The notes: generated by a model from the sequence alone, not told the origin. A stretch of 60,421 nucleotides of DNA from Candidatus Sigynarchaeum calidifontis (GCA_030587475.2 JAUQYZ020000072.1:1-60421), one strand, 5' to 3'; counted from the first letter of the stretch, positions 10,007 to 20,735 are shown. Program-made: numbers and translations.

Positions 10007-11521
10007 TTAGAAGAACACTTGATCCTTGTCAAATCGGTCGTACATCTGCCGGATCTGGTGGGTAAAGCCCTCCCGCAGCGTGAGCGGTAACCGGGGCTGC
10101 GGGTCTGTCGTCCCGTGCTTCTTGCACAAGGCACCTATCCAGGCTTCCATTGCATCATTGAGGGGCTTCGTGATGTTGGGAGCCTCGTCTGCGATGTTCC
10201 GTGCTTCCCCCGGATCGAACATCAGGTCGTACAGTTGCTCCGCCGGCATCGACGTGTATCCGTCGATCTTTTTGATGTATTTCCAGCGGCTCGTGCGGAT
10301 GGCTCGCTGTTTCTGGTACGTGCTCTCGATGACGAGCACCGCCTTCCGCTCTGCCCCGCTAGGGTTCTTGGTTGGATCCGCTGGGGCCGTCCCGAGTTCA
10401 CATGCCGACGGGGGGATGCCGTCGCGTTCCCCGAGGATGTTCGGGAGCAGGCTGACCCCGTCGAACGCATACGGGGGCCGATAATCGACACGTAGCAGAT
10501 CGAGCAGCGTTGGCACCATGTCGACTTGCGATGTGAAACCCTCGATTCGTTTCCCGCCAGCGATGCCCGGCGCCTTGATGATGAAAGGTATGGAGCAATT
10601 GGGATCCGTGAGCCCGACGTGGCTGAACATGGCACGCTGCCCGCAGATCAAGTTATTGGTCTCGGCCATGGTCTCCCCGTGGTCGCTCGTGAGCACCACG
10701 GCGGTTTGGTCGGTCAAGCCAAGTTCATCGAGCTTGTCGAGCACGACACCGACGTGATGGTCTGCATAAGCGATGCCGCCGTCGTAGAGCGACACGACAT
10801 AGTTCGGGTCGGTGACATCCTTGTACCGGCTATCTAGCTTCCGTGCCCAGTCCTTCAGCCAGCCGCCGATATTGCAACCGTAGAGCTGGTCGAGAGCGTG
10901 GTTCTGCGGATCCCGGGGGTCTCTACCGGCCGGGTAAAACTTGCAGAATGGATCGGGGGGCACGTAAGGCGTGTGCGGATCCCAGAAATGCACGAACAAG
11001 AAGAATGGCCGGCTCTTGCCGCTCTTCACGATCTCGTCGAGCAAGTCCGTGGCTTGCGCGCTGATCCGCGGGGCCGGGACCACGTGGCCGCCTTGCAGCT
11101 GCTCGAAACTCGCCACGCTTGTTTTATATTTGCCATCCAGTTCCTTGAACGCGTGGCGGTCGAACGCCCGGTTTAGATGCGAGCAGAATTTTTGTGGAAA
11201 GTCAGCCAGGGTGGTGACTTGCGCGTTGAAGTAGCCAGCCTTCTTGAGCAGCTCGGCAAGCATTACGACCCCCTGGCGCACAGGCCACTTGTTGCCGTGG
11301 GCGACGATGTCATGCGACGTGGGGTAGAGACCGGTGAACAGGCTCGTGTAGCCGGGCAGCGTGCAGTTCGAAACGGAGAAACATTGCTCGAACAGCGTGC
11401 CGTGTCGGGCGATACGCTCGTCGATGCAGGGTGTCGTCTTCTTTTCGTACCCGTAGCAGCTCACGTGGTCGCGGCGGGTCGTGTCTAACGCGAAAAAGAC
11501 CAGGTTTAGCTTTGGATCCAT
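10007..11521 (-). CDS. Sulfatase-like hydrolase (alkaline phosphatase superfamily)
   Basis: DTTRRDH, TLPGYTSLFTG, HFWDPHTPY, TSDHGE, WKYI, LYDLMFDPGE motifs. Confidence 0.88.
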   Translation of the reverse strand: MDPKLNLVFFALDTTRRDHVSCYGYEKKTTPCIDERIARHGTLFEQCFSVSNCTLPGYTSLFTGLYPTSHDIVAHGNKWPVRQGVVMLAELLKKAGYFNAQVTTLADFPQKFCSHLNRAFDRHAFKELDGKYKTSVASFEQLQGGHVVPAPRISAQATDLLDEIVKSGKSRPFFLFVHFWDPHTPYVPPDPFCKFYPAGRDPRDPQNHALDQLYGCNIGGWLKDWARKLDSRYKDVTDPNYVVSLYDGGIAYADHHVGVVLDKLDELGLTDQTAVVLTSDHGETMAETNNLICGQRAMFSHVGLTDPNCSIPFIIKAPGIAGGKRIEGFTSQVDMVPTLLDLLRVDYRPPYAFDGVSLLPNILGERDGIPPSACELGTAPADPTKNPSGAERKAVLVIESTYQKQRAIRTSRWKYIKKIDGYTSMPAEQLYDLMFDPGEARNIADEAPNITKPLNDAMEAWIGALCKKHGTTDPQPRLPLTLREGFTHQIRQMYDRFDKDQVFF

Positions 11522-11735
11522 AGAGAGTTGATTGATGCGAGAGCTATAAAATGGCTCTCGATTAATCAGAGACCGTGGGATACACGATCAAGCATGATTC
11601 ACCCTTCGCGTACGATTCCGCTAGATACTCGAGGCCAAGGTACTTGAATGAAACGACCTGGAAGTTCGTTCATCGACCTAATTATCGCAATCGCGTGAAT
11701 CACGTGTCTATCTCGTCAAGATAAATGATTCGATA

Positions 11736-14675
11736 ATGTTCACGTTCGACAAGAAGGATCTCTTGAACCATCCCCGCATCGCGCTGATCTACGCCGATGG
11801 CGAGTACGCTAGCTGGAAAGAACCTATCAAGAAATCGTTCGAGATCCCCCCCACGATGTTCGCCGATGTCCACGCCACGCGGGTGAAAGAGGCATTCCTC
11901 GACAAGCGGGGCCAGTTCTTGCTCTGTATCATTTGTCCCATGGCATCTTCCCAGCCAGGCATCGATCTTGGAGAATACGCTGGCTTATGGCTCGATTATT
12001 TAAACCAGGGCGGGTTCTTGATGGTTTTCGATGCCAACGCGACCTGGCTGGACAAACTGGGGCAGCGCTTTTCAGTGACGCCCGCCGTTATGGACCCGGC
12101 GAGCACGGCGACGATCAAGCCGCGGGCGATCCGGCTCGAGAACAGAATGCTCGCGAACCAGGGTTACGCCGAGGGGGCCGACAACCTCGGCCCGTGGATG
12201 GGAGAATACGCGGGATGGGATCCGTGCTGGGACGTGTTGATAGAATCGGATCACGGGGGCGCGCTCGGGCTCGCGCAGTCTTTCGGGATGTCGAAGATCA
12301 TCTTGTTCACCGGCTTGCTCGCCAAGGACAACTTGATAAAGATCATCCCCGTCCGCATGCTCATCGCGAGTGCTCTCGAGACATGGTTCCGCGAGGCATC
12401 GACGTCCATGTACGACGTGCAAGCCGGATTTCATTGTTCCATCTCGCTGAATCGAAAGATCCACGTGGATTTCCTTCCCTTTACATGCTCGATCAACGTT
12501 GGAAGCATCGGAGGCCGTTCCATTGCTGGATATCTCGACATTGAGATCCAGATCAAGAAAGGAATTGATATCCGCTTCAAGCAACAATTGAAAAACAAAA
12601 AGCTTGATGGAAACAGCAAAGCCGTGGAAGAATTCACGATCGACTTGTCGAACATAAAAAATCCGCCCATCGAAGACGGGGATTATGCATTAAAAGGCAT
12701 TATTGTCATTACTGATGCAAGCGGGAGGCGCATTGAATTAACAGACGAGGTAGAGTTTTCTGTCGATACCCGAGAGATCTCCGAGACCTGGGGGAATCTC
12801 CATCGCATGAAGCACGTAGTAACAAGTGAAATACGGCAACAAGAGAAGCGCCTAGGCGATCGACCCGTTGTTGGTATCACGGGCTCGGATGTGGCGACAT
12901 TCGCAAGTGCTATGAGAGGAATGAGCCTCGTGTACTTGCAAAGCCGCATCGGGATCTGTTTCGAGATCCTCGAGAACGTTCTCGGGATGACGGTGGATCC
13001 GGACACGCCCTTGAAGGTAAAGGGCAAGATCACGAAGGCCATTCACGTGAACGTGGGTACGATGGAAGAATTAAGGCGGATTTACCAGGAATGCTGTGCC
13101 AGGATGTCGATCATCCCGATATTCAACATCCCTCCTGTCAAGAATGCACGGTACCAGTTGCTTCAAGCCATGGTATCGGACCCTGGTGCCGGCTGCGTGT
13201 GGGAATGCAAGCCCGTGAGCGGCGCGAGTGCCATCATCCAGGGCTTCGGGAACAAGACCCCGCAAGAATCGATGGGAATATTCCACCACGGCTTCTGCGT
13301 TGCCAGTGCGACGTGTATCGTCGAGGAAAAGAAGGACAAGTTGCAGAAGCACGTGGAGGCATTCAAAAAACAGCACCCCGAGCACGAGCAGGTTGACGCG
13401 CTCGGCCTCGTGATCGCGGCAACCTTCGATTATCGGAACATAGTATGGCACGGTATCATTATCAAGGATGGCTTTGCGCTTCGCGCGATTTCTTTTTCCC
13501 GCAAGGGAATAATAACCATCGCGAAACACGCGAGGGACGGCACTCCCATCAAGCGGGATGAGGTCGCTGCTATAGCGGCGGACATGTGGGGGATCATGAA
13601 GCTGGATGGCAACATCGATTGGAAATCGATGCTCTCTCACTTCAAGGATTCGATATTGATCCTTCCAGAAGCCACGAAGGGGCAAGACGGGGAATTGAAC
13701 GCCATGGCAAAGGCGCTCGGGTTCGAGGACGTCTGTGTTGATCGAGAAAAAAACGAATCCGCTTCGACACGCATCACGATCTTGTGCATCGACGAGGGAC
13801 GGGAATGCCGTGCCGAATTCAAGGACGTGGGGGATCGGCGGGAGCTTCTTTTGCATTTCGGCAAGGAAATCGGGATAAACGTGCACGAAGCCATCAAGTT
13901 CTTGTGGTTGCTCGATAAGTACGTTTCTGGCAAAATGACCCATTTTGTCGGGGATCTGCACTCGCATTCCACGTTATCCGATGGCATGTTCAACCCGGAG
14001 GACGTGTGCATCGCGGCATTCACTTGCTTCATGGATTTCTTTGGCCTGACAGATCACCACACTATCGCTGGTTCCAATTACTTGCATCACGTCGCGAAGG
14101 AGCGCGGGTGGGACGTGATGATCGTGCCGGGCTGCCAGGAAGTGACGCAAGTGAACGCACACCACATCGCCGTGTGCGCGCGGCAATCGATATTCGAACT
14201 TGTCGAGCCGGAAAAAATATTCGCGGAATACGACAAGTCTGGTGCGATGCTCAAGATATTTGCGCACGCGAGGCAACCGCACGAGTGGAACGAGAAGGTC
14301 ATGCGGCTCGGGAACAAGAGCGGTTTCGACTCGTTCGTCTGCCGCGACGAACATCTCGTGTATCAAGAACAATACTTGAAGGATGATTCCGAGCCAGCCT
14401 GGACAAACTCCACGGACGCCGATGATGCGTGTTTTGGATCCTTGCATCGAACCGTGCTCTTCGTAGATGATTCAACAGCCCGGTCCAAGAGTATTTGCGA
14501 GATCGTGTGCAACGCGGTGAAGCAGAAGGAATGTGTCGGTATCTCGGGGCTTGGCTATTTCGGGACGCCCGCGGTCGTGCTGCTCGCGAGGATGCTCCCG
14601 ATGTTATCTGCTGCGCGTGAAGCATTCACCGAGCGGTTCACGAGGCGCGTGCGCGCTTTCATGCGAGGCCGGTGA
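11736..14675 (+). CDS. Large protein with C-terminal PHP-family metal-dependent phosphoesterase domain
   Basis: GDLHSHSTLSDG, LTDHH, QEV, AH and STD motifs in the last ~250 aa; N-terminal ~720 aa not recognised. Confidence 0.65.
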   Translation: MFTFDKKDLLNHPRIALIYADGEYASWKEPIKKSFEIPPTMFADVHATRVKEAFLDKRGQFLLCIICPMASSQPGIDLGEYAGLWLDYLNQGGFLMVFDANATWLDKLGQRFSVTPAVMDPASTATIKPRAIRLENRMLANQGYAEGADNLGPWMGEYAGWDPCWDVLIESDHGGALGLAQSFGMSKIILFTGLLAKDNLIKIIPVRMLIASALETWFREASTSMYDVQAGFHCSISLNRKIHVDFLPFTCSINVGSIGGRSIAGYLDIEIQIKKGIDIRFKQQLKNKKLDGNSKAVEEFTIDLSNIKNPPIEDGDYALKGIIVITDASGRRIELTDEVEFSVDTREISETWGNLHRMKHVVTSEIRQQEKRLGDRPVVGITGSDVATFASAMRGMSLVYLQSRIGICFEILENVLGMTVDPDTPLKVKGKITKAIHVNVGTMEELRRIYQECCARMSIIPIFNIPPVKNARYQLLQAMVSDPGAGCVWECKPVSGASAIIQGFGNKTPQESMGIFHHGFCVASATCIVEEKKDKLQKHVEAFKKQHPEHEQVDALGLVIAATFDYRNIVWHGIIIKDGFALRAISFSRKGIITIAKHARDGTPIKRDEVAAIAADMWGIMKLDGNIDWKSMLSHFKDSILILPEATKGQDGELNAMAKALGFEDVCVDREKNESASTRITILCIDEGRECRAEFKDVGDRRELLLHFGKEIGINVHEAIKFLWLLDKYVSGKMTHFVGDLHSHSTLSDGMFNPEDVCIAAFTCFMDFFGLTDHHTIAGSNYLHHVAKERGWDVMIVPGCQEVTQVNAHHIAVCARQSIFELVEPEKIFAEYDKSGAMLKIFAHARQPHEWNEKVMRLGNKSGFDSFVCRDEHLVYQEQYLKDDSEPAWTNSTDADDACFGSLHRTVLFVDDSTARSKSICEIVCNAVKQKECVGISGLGYFGTPAVVLLARMLPMLSAAREAFTERFTRRVRAFMRGR

Positions 14676-14793
14676 AAACCGGATATCACGGATCCAGGAG
14701 GCATGGGGGGCTCGATGGTCGGTACACGAGAAAAACCTTAAGATGTGATATGCCGATGTTTGACACCTATTCTCGCGCGTTTCACAGTCCAAG

Positions 14794-16347
14794 TTGATAC
14801 GTTCCTTGCACGCTCGCAAAAGAAAGGGTTCCAGGCTGGCGCTTTCGAGGCCTGCTTCGCTGGTCCTCTTGCTCGCCATGGCATTCTGCGGATTCTTCGT
14901 CCCCTACGCGTCTTTCTTCATCTACGCAATGAACGATTACAATAGCATCTCTTACCTGGCCCCGGCACCCGACCCGTCATCGTTCATCGGTGCCAACGCG
15001 AGCAGGCTCTATGCGATGGCAAACTGGTACGAGGAAAACATCGCAAGGTATCACATGCCCCACGACATGATCGTGAACACCTGGTTCGACTCGTCGACGA
15101 GCGTCGGGAACCCGGAATTCTATGGCGTGACCTACGACTCGGCCGAATGGACAGGGCATTACTTGATGGGCGAGGCTTTCCGCTACGCTGTTTGCATGTC
15201 TATTGGAAATATCACCGATGCAGCCCGTGCCCTCGCGAACATCACGAGGGCGTTGCGAGGCTACGACAAGATCTTGCACGTGGCGCCGAACGGGGGCATG
15301 GCGCGATATGCTTGGCCGATCGATGAATATGATGGTTCGATCGACGATAATAGATATCTCGGATCCTGGAACGGCGAGTATTACATCTACGAGGATGATA
15401 CCAGCCGGGACATGCATAACGGCGTCATCATGGGCCTCGGTTTCACGTACCTGCTCGTCGACGATGCAACGACACGGGCCACTGCCGCCCGGCTGGTCGA
15501 GGATCTGCTGGATTACTTGATCGACCGTGGCTGGTTGTATGTAAATCCAGACGGCGATCCCAATGGAACCGATCTTGACGACGGGTTCTGGTTTGGTGGA
15601 ACTGATAGCCTTTGGACGCTTGCATACTTGAAGGTGGGCGAGCTCGTGAATCCGTCGAAATATGGCCCGCTCTATCACGAGTATGCCATCGATCGCGATT
15701 ATGCCCACCGCTCGAATTTCGTCACTTTCGCAACTATGAATACGGTGCAGTCATACTACGGTCTCCTCCTCGATTGGGAGCTCATGTTCACGCTCGCGAC
15801 CCTCGAGGCTGACCCGGCTCTCACGGCCCTCTACCTCGATAATGTTTCCCAGATGTACGAGCTGACGATAAACGACCGGACGGCGATATTCAACGCGATG
15901 TGGCTCGCGCTGCAAGGTATCAACCGGTTAAACCAGCCGGAGGGGATGGTCGTCGTTCAAGACATCGAAGACTGCTTGATGCGCTATTATCTCGCGCCGC
16001 AGCGACTGCCGGGACGCGATTACCCCGTCGCTAACCCCGGCACTGAAAATCCCAAAGCCGTCTATTGGCGGGAGTTCTTCACGAACGGGATCGGCAGCAC
16101 GCTGTACCCGTTCTGGGAATTCTTGTTCAAGTTCGACATCGTCGCCGAAACGCCGCTCACGCCCGACCGGCGACCCCAAACTGACTTCCTCTGGTCGAGA
16201 TCGCCATATACTATCGGACAAGGGGGCACGGGTCATTACGAGGGCCCTGGTGTTGACTTCACCGTCGTCTACTGGCTGTGCCGCTACTACGGGATCATCG
16301 AACCACCGATTGATTATCAAGCAAAAATCGAGGTGCATTACGGATGA
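14794..16347 (+). CDS. Hypothetical membrane-anchored extracellular protein, probably helical enzyme fold
   Basis: Basic N-region plus hydrophobic helix, then Trp/Tyr/Asp-rich body (DSAEWTGHYL, DTSRDMHNG). Start uncertain. Confidence 0.65.
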   Translation: MIRSLHARKRKGSRLALSRPASLVLLLAMAFCGFFVPYASFFIYAMNDYNSISYLAPAPDPSSFIGANASRLYAMANWYEENIARYHMPHDMIVNTWFDSSTSVGNPEFYGVTYDSAEWTGHYLMGEAFRYAVCMSIGNITDAARALANITRALRGYDKILHVAPNGGMARYAWPIDEYDGSIDDNRYLGSWNGEYYIYEDDTSRDMHNGVIMGLGFTYLLVDDATTRATAARLVEDLLDYLIDRGWLYVNPDGDPNGTDLDDGFWFGGTDSLWTLAYLKVGELVNPSKYGPLYHEYAIDRDYAHRSNFVTFATMNTVQSYYGLLLDWELMFTLATLEADPALTALYLDNVSQMYELTINDRTAIFNAMWLALQGINRLNQPEGMVVVQDIEDCLMRYYLAPQRLPGRDYPVANPGTENPKAVYWREFFTNGIGSTLYPFWEFLFKFDIVAETPLTPDRRPQTDFLWSRSPYTIGQGGTGHYEGPGVDFTVVYWLCRYYGIIEPPIDYQAKIEVHYG

Positions 16348-17696
16348 CCGCTGCGGGAACAGAAACCCGGTCAAGCACCATCGCCTACTTCACGATGCAC
16401 TGGGGGCAGCTTGTCGCGGGTCTCTTGTTGTTACTCGTGGGGATCGCGGGCTTCATTGTCCACCCGGGCGGGTTGATCTACTTTATCCTCCCGCTGCCGT
16501 CGTACATCTGGGTGAGTCTGGTCCCGCTCGTGGCCGCGATCGTCTTGATCATCCGCGCCCTCGTGATGGCGGATCGTGTGACTCTCGCGTGGGAGGGTGA
16601 CGTGCTCCGGGTGGAAACGAGACGGCTGTGGGTCGTGCACACGAACATCCGGAAGGAGGACATTCGCTATATCGACATCCGGCACCTCGAATCGAAGGTA
16701 TTACGCTGGATCGCGGCTTTCATGCTGCTACTCACGTCTCACGAGATCCATTTCAAGAACGGCATCGACTTGCTCGGGCACGCGGACATCGCACCGTTCT
16801 TGCTCCTCTGCTTCGCCATCGTGTGCATCGCGCTGGTCGTCTACATCGCCACGCCGCGGCATTTCCTGGAGATCGGCACGGATCGCGACGCTTATTTCGT
16901 CCCGTTACCTGCGCGATGTAACGGGAATCGAGAACTCGTGGACATCGCGCGGCTCCTCGGGTTCCACGAGAACACGATCTCGAGTATTTCCAGCAGAGGA
17001 AATGCACGCGAGATATTCGAGAACAATGCCTTCCCCCTCATTGCAGGCCTCGCGTTCGTGGCGATCGGCGTAATTCTCGTGATAAATCGATCCTGGTTCT
17101 TTGGCGACTTTGCGGTGCCTGTTTTCATCTTGCTCGGGGCGAAGTGGCTGGCCGACGCGCTGCTTGGTGACAAGAAGCTTGGTGAAAGCGGATCCAATTT
17201 CGATTTCCGCGGCTACGCGGGAAGCTTCGTTGCCAAGCAAGTGCGGGGCGGTAACAATCGGACGGAACGGGTGCCGGGCATCACGCGCGTCCATCCGATC
17301 GAGATGGCTTGTTATTTCTACTTGATGGCACAAGCCGTGAAACAGGGGTTTCGCTTTGCCTTTTGGCCGTATCTTGGCTTCCACGCGCCCTATTTCTTGC
17401 TGGGCTTGATCGTACTCGCGGTCATATTTTTCAAGTGGTTCGGTCTTGTTGATGTACACGTCGTGGATTTCGGCACGTTCTCGATATCATTCCAGGTCAC
17501 GCGCGGGAAGGACACGAGCACACCATCGTGCCCGCGAGTGACATGGTACATCGTCCAGCACACGAGGATGATTACCGCCTCGTTCGCCATTCTCAAGGAT
17601 AACAAGAAACTAGCGTGGACATGGCTACTATTCATGCTATTCGTGCTCGCGCCGGTCTTGTATTACGGGATCGCCCATCCCCCATTCATCTTCTAG
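16344..17696 (+). CDS. Hypothetical polytopic membrane protein
   Basis: About 9 hydrophobic segments; ATGA overlap with the upstream gene. Confidence 0.7.
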   Translation: MTAAGTETRSSTIAYFTMHWGQLVAGLLLLLVGIAGFIVHPGGLIYFILPLPSYIWVSLVPLVAAIVLIIRALVMADRVTLAWEGDVLRVETRRLWVVHTNIRKEDIRYIDIRHLESKVLRWIAAFMLLLTSHEIHFKNGIDLLGHADIAPFLLLCFAIVCIALVVYIATPRHFLEIGTDRDAYFVPLPARCNGNRELVDIARLLGFHENTISSISSRGNAREIFENNAFPLIAGLAFVAIGVILVINRSWFFGDFAVPVFILLGAKWLADALLGDKKLGESGSNFDFRGYAGSFVAKQVRGGNNRTERVPGITRVHPIEMACYFYLMAQAVKQGFRFAFWPYLGFHAPYFLLGLIVLAVIFFKWFGLVDVHVVDFGTFSISFQVTRGKDTSTPSCPRVTWYIVQHTRMITASFAILKDNKKLAWTWLLFMLFVLAPVLYYGIAHPPFIF

Positions 17697-17989
17697 CGGA
17701 TCCGGGTCGCTCGGGAAAGTTCATCGATTTTTTTATCAAGAAATTCACCGATCTTGCGCACATCCGGGTCGCCCTTTTCGTCCACGGCCATGACGAAAAG
17801 ACCGCTCCAGTTATCCCACGACACGACGATCTTAACATCCCCGCGTGCCATTTCAACCACGGGACCCGTGAGCGAGAAGCCGGGGAACTTTAACACTTCG
17901 TACCCGAATTCCTTCTCTATGGCAGACACGACGGGAAACACGAGATCAGCCTCCGCCTCTTCGATATCGTAAGTCAAGTGGCCGGCCAT
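17693..17989 (-). CDS. Small hypothetical protein (98 aa)
   Basis: Globular alpha/beta-like composition (VVSWDNWSGLFVMA); ATG at 17989 follows an AT-rich promoter-like tract. Confidence 0.6.
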   Translation of the reverse strand: MAGHLTYDIEEAEADLVFPVVSAIEKEFGYEVLKFPGFSLTGPVVEMARGDVKIVVSWDNWSGLFVMAVDEKGDPDVRKIGEFLDKKIDELSRATRIR

Positions 17990-18376
17990 GGTCTTGCTAA
18001 TTATTCCCTTCACAATGGAACATTGCCACGCTGAAAAATAAAACAATCATGGAACATGTTCAGTGACGATATATCTCGTGTATTTTCCGCGCTGCAAGGT
18101 TTAGCCTTGGTTTGCTCATTATTTTGAAATCGTAACCATGATGGGGACTCCATGCTTTAACGTACAATTAAGTAGCACGGCAAGAGTCCGCCAAGCCAAT
18201 TATCTTGCATCTCCCAGGTGAAAATCTTTGTTGCAAGGAGAGTGGAAGAGATAGGAAAGGAATATCAGTACTATCGTGGAATGGTCATTATTTTTTTCAA
18301 AATGCAACGAATTTATAGGAGGCCGCGACCGATTTTCTTGCAAGCTGAAAAAAAAATTTCCGAAGGTATTGCAGCG

Positions 18377-18949
18377 ATGAACCCCATTTCAGGCCCATTC
18401 CCTTTTTTTGACGCGATATCGAAGCAATTTTTCGAATTGCTCCTCTTAAACACGATCAAGAAGCGAACCAGCCAAGCAGGAGGGATGCCCTACGCGGAAC
18501 TCCAGAAGATCGAGAACTTGCCCCACATCAAGGTGTATCGCACGTTGAAGCGCATGGAGGAAAATCACTTGCTCGAGAAAAAGGAGGAGCGAATCGAGCT
18601 CGGCCGCCCCAGGCAGCTGTACAGGTTAAGCAGCATGGGAGAACAGCAGCTCGAACAATTGAAGACACACATGCTCTCGTTTTTCGATATCATCCGCCGG
18701 AGCTTCCCGGACAAGTTATACGAGAGTTTTGACGCGCCGAAGTTTGTCGAAGAAGGCACGTTCGACACGTTCTGCTTCCCACCACCCCCGTCTCGTCTCA
18801 TGGACGACGAGGGGATGTCCGACGAGGAACGGCTCGAGATGCTCTCGGAGATCAAGGCGCACATGGAAAAAAGGTTACAACACGTTTCGAAGGAGATTTC
18901 AGAATTACAAGCAAAAGTCATGCAAAAAAAACACGCGAGAGTCGAGTAA
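18377..18949 (+). CDS. Winged-helix transcriptional regulator (PadR-like)
   Basis: VYRTLKRMEENHLL...GRPRQLYRLSSMG; C-terminal coiled coil; first gene of the ABC operon. Start uncertain. Confidence 0.8.
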   Translation: MNPISGPFPFFDAISKQFFELLLLNTIKKRTSQAGGMPYAELQKIENLPHIKVYRTLKRMEENHLLEKKEERIELGRPRQLYRLSSMGEQQLEQLKTHMLSFFDIIRRSFPDKLYESFDAPKFVEEGTFDTFCFPPPPSRLMDDEGMSDEERLEMLSEIKAHMEKRLQHVSKEISELQAKVMQKKHARVE

Positions 18950-18959
18950 ATTGAATTCC

Positions 18960-20735
18960 ATGCAAATGGTCGTCAAGTATTGGATGAAAACGAAGTGGAA
19001 ATTCATCGGCGGCATCGTGCTCGTCATCGGGTCGACAGCGTTCAGCTTGCTCGCGCCGATGCTCGTCGGGCGTGCGGTCAACCTTGCTAGCGAGGCCGCG
19101 ATCGGCGATACGAGTGCCATCGGTGGTTTCGCGACGTGGATGCTTGCCGCGATCGCGTCGGGCTTTATCGCCTTCTTGTTGAACCGGTGGTCTCGCATAC
19201 TCAACGCGGAGGTCGCGTCGAAGGCGCTATACTACCTCCGGAAAGATATCTACGATGCAATATATCAGCAATCGTTTTCCTTTTTTGATAAACAAGAGAC
19301 GGGTCAACTCGTTGCAAAAGCTACCTCCGATGTGGAGAGCACAGAACCAGTTTTCGGAATGGTCCTTAACATGGGTTTTCAAGGATTCATGACATTAGGC
19401 GGTGTATTGGTGGCACTTCTCTTGCTCGGGAACCCGATCGGATACATCTTTTTGCTCGTCATCCCCACGTCGCTGATCGCCTCGGTCGTGATCACGCTGA
19501 AGCTGCGCCCTATTTTCATCGAAACAAGGGAAGCATTCGGTGAGCTCACGAATACACTCAGGGAAAACATAGTTGGATCGCAAGTCGTGCGCATTTTTTC
19601 GACACAAGACAAGGAAAAGGCAAAGTTCAATCGCAATAATACTCGATTCCGTGATGCATCGATTCGCACGACCAAGCTATCCTTCATCTTTATGCCGATG
19701 AATATGATTCTCATCAGCATAATGTTCGTTTCGGTGATCTATTTTGGCGGGATGATGATCGTCAACGACGTGCCGGGCATGGATATCGGCATTTTAATCA
19801 CGTTGCAAGCTTTTGGCGGCCAGATCATCTTCCCCTTGATAATCATGGGTCAAATCCTCACCTTGTTCGTCCAATCCGACGCGGCATTGATCCGCATCCG
19901 CGAGGTCATAGAATCTGTCCCCGACATCAAGGAGGCCGCCAACCCGCTACCAGCCGGTAACATCAAGGGCGAGGTCGAGTTCCGCGACGTGAGTTTCGGG
20001 TACACCCCGAGCAATCTCGTCCTCAAGAACCTCGATTTCACGGTGCCGGCGGGAAAGAAAATCGCCATCATCGGCACGACAGGCTCGGGCAAGTCGACGA
20101 TCATCAACTTGCTACCGCGGTTCTACGACGTTTCGGCAGGCGAGATCCGCATCGATGGCGTGAATATCAAGGACTACAAGCTGAACGAGCTCCGCAAGCA
20201 AATAGGCATCGTGTCACAAGATGTCTTTCTTTTTAACAAGTCGATTCTTGACAACATCCGGTTCGGCAAGGACGAAGCAACGCTCGATGAAGTCATCGAA
20301 GCAGCAAAGATTGCCGACATCCACGACTTCATCGATTCCCTCCCGGAGAAATACAACACCATGGTCGGGGAGCGCGGCATGCGTCTCTCGGGGGGACAAA
20401 AACAGCGGCTGTCGATTGCCCGGGCACTCCTCATCAAGCCCCGGATCCTCGTCTTCGACGACAGCACGTCCAGCGTCGATGTCGAGACCGAATACCGCAT
20501 CCAGCAAGCCTTGGAGCTCTTCGAGCACGCGACGACATTCATCATCACGCAGCGTATAAGCACGATCCGCAACGCCGATCTCATTCTCGTGCTCGACAAG
20601 GGCCGCGTCGTGGGTTTCGGCACGCACGACGAGTTGATCGACAAGAACCCGCTCTACACGCAGATCTACCAGACATTATACCAGAAGCAGAAAAGCTTGT
20701 CGATCAAGGTCAAGGAGGAGGCGATCACAAGATGA
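18960..20735 (+). CDS. ABC exporter, fused TMD-NBD subunit 1 (degenerate Walker B/switch)
   Basis: GTTGSGKST, LSGGQKQR, FDDSTS, ITQR; 6 TM helices. Alternative TTG start at 18951. Confidence 0.92.
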   Translation: MQMVVKYWMKTKWKFIGGIVLVIGSTAFSLLAPMLVGRAVNLASEAAIGDTSAIGGFATWMLAAIASGFIAFLLNRWSRILNAEVASKALYYLRKDIYDAIYQQSFSFFDKQETGQLVAKATSDVESTEPVFGMVLNMGFQGFMTLGGVLVALLLLGNPIGYIFLLVIPTSLIASVVITLKLRPIFIETREAFGELTNTLRENIVGSQVVRIFSTQDKEKAKFNRNNTRFRDASIRTTKLSFIFMPMNMILISIMFVSVIYFGGMMIVNDVPGMDIGILITLQAFGGQIIFPLIIMGQILTLFVQSDAALIRIREVIESVPDIKEAANPLPAGNIKGEVEFRDVSFGYTPSNLVLKNLDFTVPAGKKIAIIGTTGSGKSTIINLLPRFYDVSAGEIRIDGVNIKDYKLNELRKQIGIVSQDVFLFNKSILDNIRFGKDEATLDEVIEAAKIADIHDFIDSLPEKYNTMVGERGMRLSGGQKQRLSIARALLIKPRILVFDDSTSSVDVETEYRIQQALELFEHATTFIITQRISTIRNADLILVLDKGRVVGFGTHDELIDKNPLYTQIYQTLYQKQKSLSIKVKEEAITR

